A stretch of 64,000 nt of DNA from Candidatus Poribacteria bacterium (GTDB lineage: Bacteria; Poribacteria; WGA-4E; GCA-2687025): assembly GCA_016866785.1 (NCBI GenBank), contig VGLH01000004.1, forward strand, positions 3,573 through 67,572, given 5' to 3'. Numbering within the stretch: the first letter of the stretch is position 1; the number at the start of each line of letters is the position of its first letter. This document shows positions 18,515-28,316 of this stretch, in pieces. Below the pieces are notes generated by a model that was not told the DNA's origin, did not search any database, and was given only the letters and a program-made list of their open reading frames with translations. The position numbers were made by a program, and so were the translations under genes.

Positions 18515-20107
18515 ATGACTGAGCGAGCCACGCGCACCACGGCGGTCGCCGCGCTCTGGTGCGGCATCGTTACGGCTGCCTTGTCACAGAACGGCGACGT
18601 CCCGATACCCGTGGAGGTCCGCGCGGCGACTCGGGGTGACCTCACGCGGGACATTCGACTCACGGGCGTCGTAGCTCCACGCGCCCAGGTGAGCGTCTAC
18701 ACCCGCGTTCCCGGAAACATCAAGGAGTTGCGGTTCGAGGAGGGTCAACGGGTCTCGAAGGGAACCGTGCTCGCCGTGATCGACGAGTTCGACACGCTGA
18801 GCCTTGGGGTCCGCCAAGCGGAGGCTCAGGTGGCTTCGGCGACGCTGATGCTCGAACAGGCGCGCAAGATGTCTGAGGCGCGCGCCAAGAGCCAACTGGA
18901 GCAGGCGCGCGCTGGTGTCGACGCGGCGACGGCGGTCGTCGCCCAAGTTCGCGAACTGTCGGGACCGCGTGTCGAGACCCAGGTCGCCCAAGCCGAGGCA
19001 GGTCTGGACGCGATGCGGGCGACCTTGCGCAAGATCCGTGAAGGGGCCCGTGTTGAAGAGCGCGAGCAGATTCAGGCGGGCCTAACGCAGGCAACGGCCG
19101 CCCTCGACAGCGCCGAGAGCACTTTCCGGCGGATGAAAGAGCTCTACGAAGCGGGAGCCGTCAGCCGCCAGACGTTCGAAGGCACGGAGACACAGCTCAA
19201 GGTAGCTCGCGCTCAGCACACCGTCGCCAAGGAGCAGGTCAAGCTGGTCGAAGAAGGGGCGCGACCGGAGGATATCGAGGCGGTCGAGGCGCAGGTCCGT
19301 CAAGCAGACGCGGCGCTCGCGCTGGCGAAGAGCCAGGTTGCCGCCAAGACGTGGGAGCTCGACCTGGCTCAGGCGGAGTCCGGGCTCCGAACCGCCCAAG
19401 CAGGCATGGCGCTCGCCCAGACCGCGTGGGACTCCGAGCTGTGGCGCAACGAGATCGCCCTGGCGGAAGCCGCCGTCGCTGCTGCCAACGTCGGACTGGA
19501 AATGGCGAAGCTGCGTCTGAAGGACGCATCCGTTGTCGCACCGATCACCGGGGTCGTTGCGCGCCGACCGGTGGACGTCGGTGACTTCGTCAACGCGGGA
19601 TACAGCATGGGCGATCCGGTGTGCGAGATCGTCGACACAAGCGTGCTCTACGCGGTCGTGGACGCGTCGGAGTCCGACTTGCCGTACATCGAGGCGGGAG
19701 CTTCGGCGGACGTGAGCGTGCGCGGCGGTGGTCAGCCCCTTGAGGGAACCGTTTCGCTGATCGGCGCCGTGGTGAACCCACGGACGCACACTGCGGTCGT
19801 GAAGGTCGCGCTCAAGGGCTCCGACGGCATCAAACCGGGCGCCTACGCGGATGTCACGCTGTCATCGTCGATGCGAGCCGGGGTAGTCCTAGTACCCCGA
19901 ACCGCTTTGACCGAACAGCGGGGAGATCAGGCAGTACTGTACGTCGTCGTGGGCGACCGCGCCGCTAAGCGCATTGTGACCACGTCGTCGTCGAAGGGGG
20001 ACCTGATCGAGGTGACGTCCGGCGTGCAGCCGGGCGACCAGGTGATCGTCAGCGGTCAACGGCGCGTGTCTGAGGGCTCGCGCGTGCGGGTTGCGGGCAC
20101 GAGCTAG
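18515..20107 (+). CDS. RND efflux periplasmic adaptor (HlyD/MFP family) with an unusually long coiled-coil region
   Basis: Signal anchor, lipoyl-like halves (VSKGTVLAVID .. VVAPITGVVARRPV) separated by ~250 aa of Ala/Glu/Gln-rich heptad-like sequence. Directly upstream of the RND pump. ATG 18515 follows GAAAGGTG. Confidence 0.85.
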   Translation: MTERATRTTAVAALWCGIVTAALSQNGDVPIPVEVRAATRGDLTRDIRLTGVVAPRAQVSVYTRVPGNIKELRFEEGQRVSKGTVLAVIDEFDTLSLGVRQAEAQVASATLMLEQARKMSEARAKSQLEQARAGVDAATAVVAQVRELSGPRVETQVAQAEAGLDAMRATLRKIREGARVEEREQIQAGLTQATAALDSAESTFRRMKELYEAGAVSRQTFEGTETQLKVARAQHTVAKEQVKLVEEGARPEDIEAVEAQVRQADAALALAKSQVAAKTWELDLAQAESGLRTAQAGMALAQTAWDSELWRNEIALAEAAVAAANVGLEMAKLRLKDASVVAPITGVVARRPVDVGDFVNAGYSMGDPVCEIVDTSVLYAVVDASESDLPYIEAGASADVSVRGGGQPLEGTVSLIGAVVNPRTHTAVVKVALKGSDGIKPGAYADVTLSSSMRAGVVLVPRTALTEQRGDQAVLYVVVGDRAAKRIVTTSSSKGDLIEVTSGVQPGDQVIVSGQRRVSEGSRVRVAGTS

Positions 20108-20163
20108 CACGGGACGCCGCTCACCACTCGATCCACTGACCGCCGTTTCTGGAGGCAGAACGC

Positions 20164-23100
20164 ATGTTGCCGGTCCGCAAGCCCGTCCTCACGACGATGA
20201 TGGTGCTGGTATTCATCGTTCTGGGCGCGGTGTCGTTCATGCGAATCAAGGTCGACCTGTTCCCCGAAATCAGCTTCCCCTACGTCACGGTCGTCACGAT
20301 CTACCCGGGCGCGGGTCCTGGCGAGGTCGAGACGCAATTGACGGAGAAGATCGAGGACGAGGTCGTCGCGATCAGCCGCGTCAAGCGCGTGATGTCGACG
20401 TCACGCGAGAACGTGTCCGTCGTCGCCATCGAGTTCGAGCTGGGAACCGACGTCGATCTCGCCTCGATCGAAGTGAAGGACAAGGTCGACGCGATCCGGT
20501 TCAGCCTTCCGCAGTCCGCCGAAGACCCATCCGTCACGAAGTTCGATATCGGCGCAGCGCCCGTGATGGACCTCTCTCTGTCCGGCAGTCTGCCTCTGGA
20601 AGACCTCTACGAGCTGGCAGACACGAAGCTGAAGGACGCCTTCTCCCGCGTCGATGGGGTTTCGAGCATCGCCATCGTCGGCGGCAAGGAACGTGAGATC
20701 CAAGTGAACCTGGACAGCCGAGCCCTCAACTCCTACGGTCTGAGCCCGATGGAGGTCTACCAGACCGTCGCGATGTCGAACCTGTCCGTGCCGGCGGGCA
20801 GAGTCGTGGAGGGACCCACGGAATACAGCGTTCGCATGCTGGGTGAATTCGGTTCCCTTGCCGAGCTCGAGGCGATCCGTATCCCTACGATGACCGGCGG
20901 CTCGGTGCGACTCACCGATGTGGCGACCGTCGTCGATGGGTTCAAGGATCAACGCTCACTAGCCCGTCTCGACGGGAACCCGAGCGTCGGCATCACCATT
21001 CAGAAACGCAGCGATGCGAACGTGATCGAGACCGTGGATGGCATCGCCAAGGCAATCGACCGACTCGCGGATGTGCTGCCCAGCGGGGTCGATATCGCCG
21101 TCGTGCGCGACAGCTCGACATTCATCCGATCCGCCGTGCGCGATGTGATCATCAGCATCATCCTCGGCATCGTGCTGACGTCGGCAGTTCTCTACCTGTT
21201 CCTGCACGACCTGAGATCGACGGTCATCGTGGCGATCGTGATGCCAGCCTCCATCGTGGCGACCTTCCTGCTCATCGATTTCGCCGGGTTCACGCTGAAC
21301 CTGATGTCCCTTCTCGGGCTCGGCATCTCCATCGGAACGCTGGTCGCCAACGCCATTGTCGTGTTGGAGAGCATCTCGTCACAGATCGACCGAGGAGAGA
21401 GCCCCCGTTCGGGGACGGAGATCGGCGTTCGACAGGTCATGGTTGCGGTGATCGCGTCCGCGACGACGAACGTCGTCGTGTTCGCGCCGATCGGGTTCAT
21501 GTCCGGGATCGTAGGTCAGTTCTTCAAGCAGTTCGGGCTGACCGTCGTGTTCGCCACGCTCTTCTCGCTGTTCGTGTCCTTCACCTTGACGCCGCTGCTC
21601 GCCTCCCGACTCCTGAGGTCCAGCGCGCCTGTGCCATCGCACGGCCCGCTGTCCGCCTTGTTCCGCCTGTGGGATCGAGCCTACGGCGCGTTGCAGGAGT
21701 CATATGGTCGGACCCTCGTCTGGTCCCTCAAGCATCGCCTGCTAACCATCGTGATGGCGACGGCGCTGTTCGTGGGCGGCATCTACCTGTTCAAGTTCAT
21801 CGGCAGCGACTTCCTGCCGCAGTTCTACTCGGACACGATCACCATCGGCATTCAACTGCCTCCAGGGGCGAGCCTGGATGCGACGGACCAGCGCGTCTCG
21901 CAGATCGAAGCCATCGCGCGGAAGCTGCCGGAAACCGTGAGTGTGGCGAGCTCGTTGGGACGCGGCAGCAGCGGACAGGAGGGCGTGGAGTTCGCTTCCA
22001 CCATGCTCATCCTGGACCCTGACCGCAAACGGCGCGGCGGCGTGATCGTCGGCGAGCTTCGGTCGCTGCTGATCACGGAAGTGCCAGACGTCGACCTGAG
22101 CTTCGACACATCCCAAGGCGGCGGCGACAGTGGCATGGATGTTTCCATCGAAGTACGAGGTCAGGACTTGGACGAGCTCACAGCGCTCGCGGAGTCCGTC
22201 AAAGCGCTCGTCGATGCGACGCCCAATCTGGTCGACAGCCGCATGAGCCACCGGTCAGGCAAGCCGGAGCTGGCGGTACAGTTGGATCGTGACCGCCTGG
22301 ACCGGTTCCACCTGAGCCTCGCGCAGGTCGGTGGGCTGCTTCGAACCAGCCTGACCGGTGAGGTGGCATCGGTCTATCGCGAAGGCGGCGAGGAATACGA
22401 CATCCGAGTCCGACTCGACGAATCCGACCGGGAGCAGCTCGAAGACGTCGACCGACTGCTGGTGCGAGTCGGGGAAACGTCGGTTCCTCTGGTCGATCTT
22501 GGCGAGGTGTCGTTCCGGCGTGGTCCGGCGGAACTGACGCACACGGACAAGCAGCGAACCATCGCCGTGGAAGCCAACATCGCTTCAGGCGACCTCGGTT
22601 CCACGATCGCCGCGCTACGAGCGCAGACGAACGGCATGCGCCTACCCGACGGATACTCCATCCACTACACGGGTCAGGCAGAGATGCAGCAGGAGTCGTT
22701 CGCGAGCATCGTCACGGCGCTCATCTTGGCGATCATACTGACCTACATGCTGCTCGCGGCGCTGCTCGAGTCGTTCGTGCACCCATTCACGATCATGTTG
22801 ACGCTGCCGCTGGGGTTGGCAGGTGCGAGCGCCGCGCTGCTCATCTCGCGCCTCTCGATCAACATCTTCTCGCTGATGGCAATCGTGATGCTGGTCGGGA
22901 TCGTCGTGAACAATGGGATCTTGCTGCTCGACCTGACGCGCCAGTTCCGCGTCCAGGGGATGGCGATGCGCGACGCGCTGATCGCCGCCTGTCCGCTCCG
23001 TCTTCGTGCGATCCTCATGTCCAACGTCGCCATCGTGGCTGGGATGCTGCCGCAAGCGCTCAGCACCGGCGGCGTTGCGGCGGTTCAATCCGCCATGGCG

Positions 23101-23220
23101 GTCGTCATGATCGGGGGCGTGACAGTGTCGATGGTCTTCACGCTGTATGTCATCCCGGTCGCATACACGATCGTCGACCGCGTGGCTCGGGCCCCTGAAG
23201 TGGAAACCGGTTCAGCGTAG
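20164..23220 (+). CDS. RND efflux transporter permease (AcrB/HAE1-like)
   Basis: 1018 aa, 12-TM architecture with two large periplasmic loops and a typical N-terminus (PVLTTMMVLVFIVLGAVSF). GGAGG lies 8 nt upstream. Confidence 0.95.
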   Translation: MLPVRKPVLTTMMVLVFIVLGAVSFMRIKVDLFPEISFPYVTVVTIYPGAGPGEVETQLTEKIEDEVVAISRVKRVMSTSRENVSVVAIEFELGTDVDLASIEVKDKVDAIRFSLPQSAEDPSVTKFDIGAAPVMDLSLSGSLPLEDLYELADTKLKDAFSRVDGVSSIAIVGGKEREIQVNLDSRALNSYGLSPMEVYQTVAMSNLSVPAGRVVEGPTEYSVRMLGEFGSLAELEAIRIPTMTGGSVRLTDVATVVDGFKDQRSLARLDGNPSVGITIQKRSDANVIETVDGIAKAIDRLADVLPSGVDIAVVRDSSTFIRSAVRDVIISIILGIVLTSAVLYLFLHDLRSTVIVAIVMPASIVATFLLIDFAGFTLNLMSLLGLGISIGTLVANAIVVLESISSQIDRGESPRSGTEIGVRQVMVAVIASATTNVVVFAPIGFMSGIVGQFFKQFGLTVVFATLFSLFVSFTLTPLLASRLLRSSAPVPSHGPLSALFRLWDRAYGALQESYGRTLVWSLKHRLLTIVMATALFVGGIYLFKFIGSDFLPQFYSDTITIGIQLPPGASLDATDQRVSQIEAIARKLPETVSVASSLGRGSSGQEGVEFASTMLILDPDRKRRGGVIVGELRSLLITEVPDVDLSFDTSQGGGDSGMDVSIEVRGQDLDELTALAESVKALVDATPNLVDSRMSHRSGKPELAVQLDRDRLDRFHLSLAQVGGLLRTSLTGEVASVYREGGEEYDIRVRLDESDREQLEDVDRLLVRVGETSVPLVDLGEVSFRRGPAELTHTDKQRTIAVEANIASGDLGSTIAALRAQTNGMRLPDGYSIHYTGQAEMQQESFASIVTALILAIILTYMLLAALLESFVHPFTIMLTLPLGLAGASAALLISRLSINIFSLMAIVMLVGIVVNNGILLLDLTRQFRVQGMAMRDALIAACPLRLRAILMSNVAIVAGMLPQALSTGGVAAVQSAMAVVMIGGVTVSMVFTLYVIPVAYTIVDRVARAPEVETGSA

Positions 23221-23245
23221 GGCATCTCGCATGGAGGCTGTCTCG

Positions 23246-24670
23246 ATGAGAGATCGCAGTCGTATCTCGGCACTGGCGCTGTTCTTAGCGATCGTTGCCG
23301 CCGCGCCAAACGCAATCGCCCAGGACGCGACCGAGACGTCCCTGACACTGGACGCCGCCATCGCCCGCGCCTACGAGAACAACCGGAACGTGCGGATTGC
23401 CGAGGAAGCGGTGCTCGGCGCTCAAGCGAGGATCGAGGAAGCTCGCGGCGTGCTCCTTCCGTCTCTCACGCTGACCGGCGCGTTCACGTACAACGGGAAG
23501 CTGCCCGAGAGCGTGCTCGACTTCGGCGGATTCAACCCGTTCGCCGCGATGGGTGCCGAGGGCGAGGACGAGGATGGCTCCGGCGATGCGTCCGGGGAGG
23601 ATGCCCCCGTGGTCGAAGACCCGGCGGCGTCGGACAAGCCCATCGAAATCGAGATCGGGACCAAGCGCGACTGGCGAGGCATTGCGCAGGTGCAGCAACC
23701 GCTCTTCACGTGGGGCAAGGCGACGAACGCCTACCGCGCTGCATGGGACAGCCTGGAAGCGGCTCGACACGGACTCGACGCGACTCGACAGGACGTCGCC
23801 TTACGCGTCAAAGAGGCGTTCTATGGGGTTCTGCTGGCACGGGAAGTGGCAGGTGTTGCCTCCAAGGCGCTCGAGCAGGCGGAGCGACGGACACAGACCG
23901 CGCAGCAACGCCTGACCGCCGGCGTCGCCACGCGTCTGGACCTGCTGCAGGCGCAGGTAGCGCTCGCGAATGCTCGCACGCAGACACTGCGCGCCGGAAA
24001 CGGGCGGAAGCTGGCGCTCGAAGGCTTGGCGCTTGCGATCGGTGTCGAGACCCAAGAACTGGGCGAACCCGAAGGCATTCTGGACTGGATGCCGGCGGGG
24101 ATCGAAGCGACGGGGTTGGTCGACGAGGCTCTGATGACCCGGTCCAGCCTCCGGCAGTTGGCAGCGCAGCGCCAGGTCGCCCAGCACATGCTGAAGGTCG
24201 CTCGCGCCGCGAACCGTCCCAATCTCGCGGCGACCGGCACCTACTCGTGGAACGACACGGAGAAGCAAGACCCATCGACGACGTGGTCCGTTGGGGTCGG
24301 ACTGAGCTGGCCCATCTTCAATGGATTCGCCAACCGTGCGCGAGTCAGACAAGCGCTGTCCGGCGTGAACCAAGCGTCTGCCGGGCTCGAGGCGATGTCG
24401 GACGCCGTGGCTTTCGAGGTACGACGCGCCGTGCTTGCCTACGAGGAGGCGTCCTCCGTCTTGCAGACGCAGGAGGAGACGCAGCGCCAAGCGGCGGAAG
24501 CCCTCCGCATCGCCAACATCTCCTTCGAGAACGGGCTCATCACGAGCGTCGAACTTGCGGACGCCGAGCTCGGCAAGACGCAGGCGGACATGCTGCTCGC
24601 GCAGGCGTCCTATGACGCGCTCGTGGCGCGAGCGAGACTGGAACACGCAGTCGGCGCACCGATCCCGTGA
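23246..24670 (+). CDS. TolC-family outer-membrane efflux channel
   Basis: Signal peptide ending NAIAQD. LTLDAAIARAYENNRNVRIAEE opening and tandem coiled-coil repeats are typical of OEP/TolC. Start chosen after the pump stop, behind GGAGG. Confidence 0.85.
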   Translation: MRDRSRISALALFLAIVAAAPNAIAQDATETSLTLDAAIARAYENNRNVRIAEEAVLGAQARIEEARGVLLPSLTLTGAFTYNGKLPESVLDFGGFNPFAAMGAEGEDEDGSGDASGEDAPVVEDPAASDKPIEIEIGTKRDWRGIAQVQQPLFTWGKATNAYRAAWDSLEAARHGLDATRQDVALRVKEAFYGVLLAREVAGVASKALEQAERRTQTAQQRLTAGVATRLDLLQAQVALANARTQTLRAGNGRKLALEGLALAIGVETQELGEPEGILDWMPAGIEATGLVDEALMTRSSLRQLAAQRQVAQHMLKVARAANRPNLAATGTYSWNDTEKQDPSTTWSVGVGLSWPIFNGFANRARVRQALSGVNQASAGLEAMSDAVAFEVRRAVLAYEEASSVLQTQEETQRQAAEALRIANISFENGLITSVELADAELGKTQADMLLAQASYDALVARARLEHAVGAPIP

Positions 24671-25842
24671 TGGATCGGGCGGTTCAGGACTTGACGTCGC
24701 GCCTCAAGGTTCGCGCACTGGAACTCGGTTTCGACGCCGTGGGGGTAGCGCCCGTCGCTCCCTACGATCATGCCGACGCGTTCCGCCGGTGGCTGGACGC
24801 CGGTATGCACGGCGAGATGGCGTACATGCCTCGAACCCTCGACAAGCGCCTCGATCCAGAGCGCGTGGTGCCCGGGGCGCAGTCCATCGTCTGCCTCGCC
24901 ACGCTCTATCGAACGAGCACCGAGAGACCCCCGGAACATGCCATCCCGAGTCGCGGCATCGTCTCCTGCTACGCGTGGGGGGACGACTACCACGAACTCC
25001 TCGGCGCACGAACCGAGGAACTTGCCGCTTGGATCGACCAGAACGCGGGAGCCACCTCACGCGCGTACGTCGATTCGGGGCCCGTCCTGGAGCGGGAGGC
25101 AGCGGCGCGAGCCGGAATCGGATGGTTCGGCAAGAACACGATGCTGCTGAACCGGCGCATGGGCTCGTACTTCTTCCTGTCGGAGATTATCACGACAGCC
25201 GCGCTGGAACCCGACTCGCCGACGACCGATCATTGCGGTTCCTGCCGTCGGTGCTTGGACGCCTGCCCGACGCAGGCGTTCCCGGAGCCGTACGTCCTCG
25301 ACGCACGGCGATGCATCTCCTACCTGACCATCGAGCTGAAAGGCGAAGTCCCCGAGCCGCTTCGCGAGGCGGTCGGCAACCACGTGTTCGGCTGTGACAT
25401 CTGTCAGGAAGTCTGCCCCTGGAACCGGAAGGCGGCGCGGACTGGCGAGTCCGCGTTCGTTCCTCGACCGGGTCTGACCGCAGCCAAGCTGGCGTCTTTG
25501 ATGTCGATGGCAGAGGATGCCTTCCAGAAGGTCTTCCAGAACAGCCCAATCATGCGCGCCAAGCGTCGCGGACTGCTCCGCAACGTCGCCATCGCGCTGG
25601 GGAACACGCGGAATCCCAAGGCGCTCGAGCCTCTGACGGTCGGCTTGGAAGACCCCGAGCCCCTGGTCCGTTCTCACGTCGCGTGGGCGATCGGTCGGAT
25701 CGGAGGGAAAAAGGCACGCGCGATGCTGCGCGCCGCTGCAAGCCGGGAGCGCGACGACTCGGTACTCGCTTCGATCCGGCGCGCGCTGGGGGTTCAGCCA
25801 GACCCGTCGTCCCACGCCGGCAACGACACGATGGATCGGTAG
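24670..25842 (+). CDS. queG: tRNA epoxyqueuosine(34) reductase
   Basis: CGSCRRCLDACPTQAF and CDICQEVCPWN ferredoxin motifs, CISYLTIE, and C-terminal HEAT-like repeats. The start overlaps the TolC stop (TGATG). Confidence 0.9.
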   Translation: MDRAVQDLTSRLKVRALELGFDAVGVAPVAPYDHADAFRRWLDAGMHGEMAYMPRTLDKRLDPERVVPGAQSIVCLATLYRTSTERPPEHAIPSRGIVSCYAWGDDYHELLGARTEELAAWIDQNAGATSRAYVDSGPVLEREAAARAGIGWFGKNTMLLNRRMGSYFFLSEIITTAALEPDSPTTDHCGSCRRCLDACPTQAFPEPYVLDARRCISYLTIELKGEVPEPLREAVGNHVFGCDICQEVCPWNRKAARTGESAFVPRPGLTAAKLASLMSMAEDAFQKVFQNSPIMRAKRRGLLRNVAIALGNTRNPKALEPLTVGLEDPEPLVRSHVAWAIGRIGGKKARAMLRAAASRERDDSVLASIRRALGVQPDPSSHAGNDTMDR

Positions 25843-27779
25843 TTCGAGTAGTTGTGGTGGGCGTTGCGCTGTGGGACGTACAGCCGCGTGCCCTCGAACG
25901 CCCGGTCCTGCGTGTAGACCCATACCGACCGCGTGTCCCACACGACGATCTCATCGCGGGCGTCGCCGGTCAGGTCGATGGGCTCGCAGCAAAGGGTCGG
26001 GTGACCGTCGTCAGGCAGTTGGACGATCTGCGAGCCGTAGGCGTCGTAGAGCCCGCCGTCTTGGGGCATCGCGGACAACAGAAGGTGCTCCTGACCGTCC
26101 CCGACCCAGTTGGTCGGCGTCAAATGGCTGCCCATCGGAAACGGGCTGAACCGCGCCAGACGGTTCCCATCGGCATCGTACGTGACGACGATTCCCGGTT
26201 CGCCCCAGAAGGTGATCGTCGCGACTTCGAGGCCCGTGCGAGCCGGATCCAGGTTGGCGACGTGGCAGCACTGGGCATGTCCAGGTCGGTCGTGCCGGAG
26301 TATGCGCCCGCGCAGGTCGCTCCAGATCATGCCCTCGTCGCTGCAGGCAAAGAGAGCTCGGATGGAGCCATCGGGCCCGACGGGGGCGAAGGCGACGCCG
26401 TCGGCATGGTCTCGGACGCCGTCGAGGGTCCAGAGCCCCTCGCCGTCCGGGCTGAGCAGCGAATAGCCGATCAGCACCTCGTCGCGACCGTCGCCGTCGA
26501 CGTCGAGGGCGTACGGATAGTGACCCGTATTCCCCGACCAATGCCAAAGGGGTTCGAGCTCGGTGTCGTACGCCCAGAGGTTGTTGTACCGGTCTTTGAT
26601 CACGAGGTTGCGCGGCGCGCCGCTTCCTTCGAGGTCGCAGAAGAAAAGCGAGTCGCCGATGATCCGGTGGTAGACGTGCTCCTTGAGCCAAGTTCGGTTC
26701 TCGCCGTGCAGCGGCGTCGGGACTCGGCGCTTCTCGGCTCCCGTCTGCCCGTCGCGGACGACGATTTGGAAGTCCTTGGCGTAGATCACCTCCTCGCGAC
26801 CGTCGCCGTCGATATCATGGATCTGAACCGCGACGTCGTTCGTCAGGAGACCGCACGAGTCGCTGGGTGTTCCGACCTGCCACAGAATCCGCCCATCCAG
26901 CCGAACCGCCGTGAGGCACGACACGCCGTCGAAGTCGTAGCCAGACAGAGGCACGTTCTGCGCAAAGAGCATCTCAAGCTCGCCGTCGCCGTCCAGGTCC
27001 CCGAACCGGACGCTCTTGCCGACTCCGAAGCCCGGCGTCTCGAAGCGCCGCCACACGATGGGCTGCGGCACTTCGGAGGCTCTCCGCCGTCGCGTAGCGC
27101 ATCGCAGCGTTTCGTCCTGGTCGAGGCGTGCGAGCTCGGGCTCTGGAACCCAAACTCGGACGGCGCGGAAGCGCGCGGGGATGGTCGCCATCAGAGCCAT
27201 CCGTCCCGCTGCTACCTGGATCGGGCCCTCTGAGCGGATGACAGGCGATCCGCCCACGGCGACTTCGACGGCATGTCCGGTTACGGACAGCGACACAGAG
27301 ATCCATCGGTCTCCGTCGAAGGCGCACTCAGCCCTGCCGAGCTCGCGGCGCTCTTCGTCGTCCACCTCGGCGAGCACGAAGTGGTCGCCCTCGAAGTAGG
27401 CTCCGACCCAGTGACGCGGATCCTCGGTTCTCAGGCAGACCCCCGCGCGACCCTCCCGAGAGAAGCGGCGCACGGCGACCGTCGCGCGGCAGTCACGCCA
27501 CGCCGGATCGCCGACGCCGATCATCGGCGTTCCCTGCTCCAGAAAGGACGACTGGTGCAGGTAGGGGACACCGTCCTCCTCGCCCACGAGCCACCTCGGA
27601 AGGCGACGCCAGGAGTGGTGCAGCGTCAACTCGCGCCATCCGATGGCGGGACGCTGGCGGATGTCGTGGTACTCTCCGAGCGGCGAGTAATCGCAGGCGA
27701 GCGGGCCCAAGGGCAGCGACGCGAAGTCGTCGCGAAGGACGATGTGCCAGGAGCCCATCGCTTCATTCCTCGCCGTCAT
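25794..27779 (-). CDS. Hypothetical protein: N-terminal jelly-roll/lectin-like region plus FG-GAP-like beta-propeller (PL11 rhamnogalacturonan-lyase-like by motif)
   Basis: Repeated DxDGDGxxE motifs (GDLDGDGELEM, DIDGDGREEV, DVDGDGRDEV, DLTGDARDEI). No signal peptide seen. Confidence 0.6.
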   Translation of the reverse strand: MTARNEAMGSWHIVLRDDFASLPLGPLACDYSPLGEYHDIRQRPAIGWRELTLHHSWRRLPRWLVGEEDGVPYLHQSSFLEQGTPMIGVGDPAWRDCRATVAVRRFSREGRAGVCLRTEDPRHWVGAYFEGDHFVLAEVDDEERRELGRAECAFDGDRWISVSLSVTGHAVEVAVGGSPVIRSEGPIQVAAGRMALMATIPARFRAVRVWVPEPELARLDQDETLRCATRRRRASEVPQPIVWRRFETPGFGVGKSVRFGDLDGDGELEMLFAQNVPLSGYDFDGVSCLTAVRLDGRILWQVGTPSDSCGLLTNDVAVQIHDIDGDGREEVIYAKDFQIVVRDGQTGAEKRRVPTPLHGENRTWLKEHVYHRIIGDSLFFCDLEGSGAPRNLVIKDRYNNLWAYDTELEPLWHWSGNTGHYPYALDVDGDGRDEVLIGYSLLSPDGEGLWTLDGVRDHADGVAFAPVGPDGSIRALFACSDEGMIWSDLRGRILRHDRPGHAQCCHVANLDPARTGLEVATITFWGEPGIVVTYDADGNRLARFSPFPMGSHLTPTNWVGDGQEHLLLSAMPQDGGLYDAYGSQIVQLPDDGHPTLCCEPIDLTGDARDEIVVWDTRSVWVYTQDRAFEGTRLYVPQRNAHHNYSNYRSIVSLPAWDDGSG

Positions 27780-28242
27780 AGTACTCCGCCGGCGTCAGGC
27801 GACCGAGGCGACGAGGCGGGCCCATCGCGACCTTCCCTGAGTCTGGATAGTCGACGACCTCGGCAATCGGGTTGTCGGCTGTAATGACGATGACGAGCTC
27901 GACATCGCCGTCGTTGATGATCTGATGAGCCTCGCCGGGTCGGCACAGCAGGAAGTCCCCAGCCTCGAAGGGAATGCGTTCGTCGTTCTCGACGCGCATC
28001 ACGCCGGAGCCCTCCAGCACCTGGTAGAACTCCCACTGAGCGGCGTGCCGATGGTAGGGCCAGGGCATTTTGCCTGGCGGAACGCGGATGATGCAGACGT
28101 CGAACGGGAATCCGCCCTTCTGCTGGGGCGTGTCGCTGTGCGGCGACATCGCTTTCGTCACCGGATGGTAGGTGTAGCCGTACTTTCCTTTGGGCGATGA
28201 GCGGCCGTCGCGACCGAGTCCAGCCGTCGAGACTTTGTCCAT
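27763..28242 (-). CDS. Cupin domain protein
   Basis: HRHAAQWEFYQVLEGSG ... GEAHQIINDG is a two-motif cupin signature. Overlaps the downstream gene start by 17 nt. Confidence 0.75.
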   Translation of the reverse strand: MDKVSTAGLGRDGRSSPKGKYGYTYHPVTKAMSPHSDTPQQKGGFPFDVCIIRVPPGKMPWPYHRHAAQWEFYQVLEGSGVMRVENDERIPFEAGDFLLCRPGEAHQIINDGDVELVIVITADNPIAEVVDYPDSGKVAMGPPRRLGRLTPAEYYDGEE

Positions 28243-28316
28243 GGTGAGCTCCGTCTTTCGTGCCGTCCGACGGACACTCTACTGCGGAGCGCTTGGCGTG
28301 CCAAGAGCGACCGGCT

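Noticed and set aside
25794-25842. 49-nt convergent overlap between the queG and propeller-protein 3' ends.
   Set aside because: Both C-terminal tails are non-conserved-looking extensions. Tail overlaps of this size occur by chance in high-GC genomes where stop codons are rare. There is no evidence of function.
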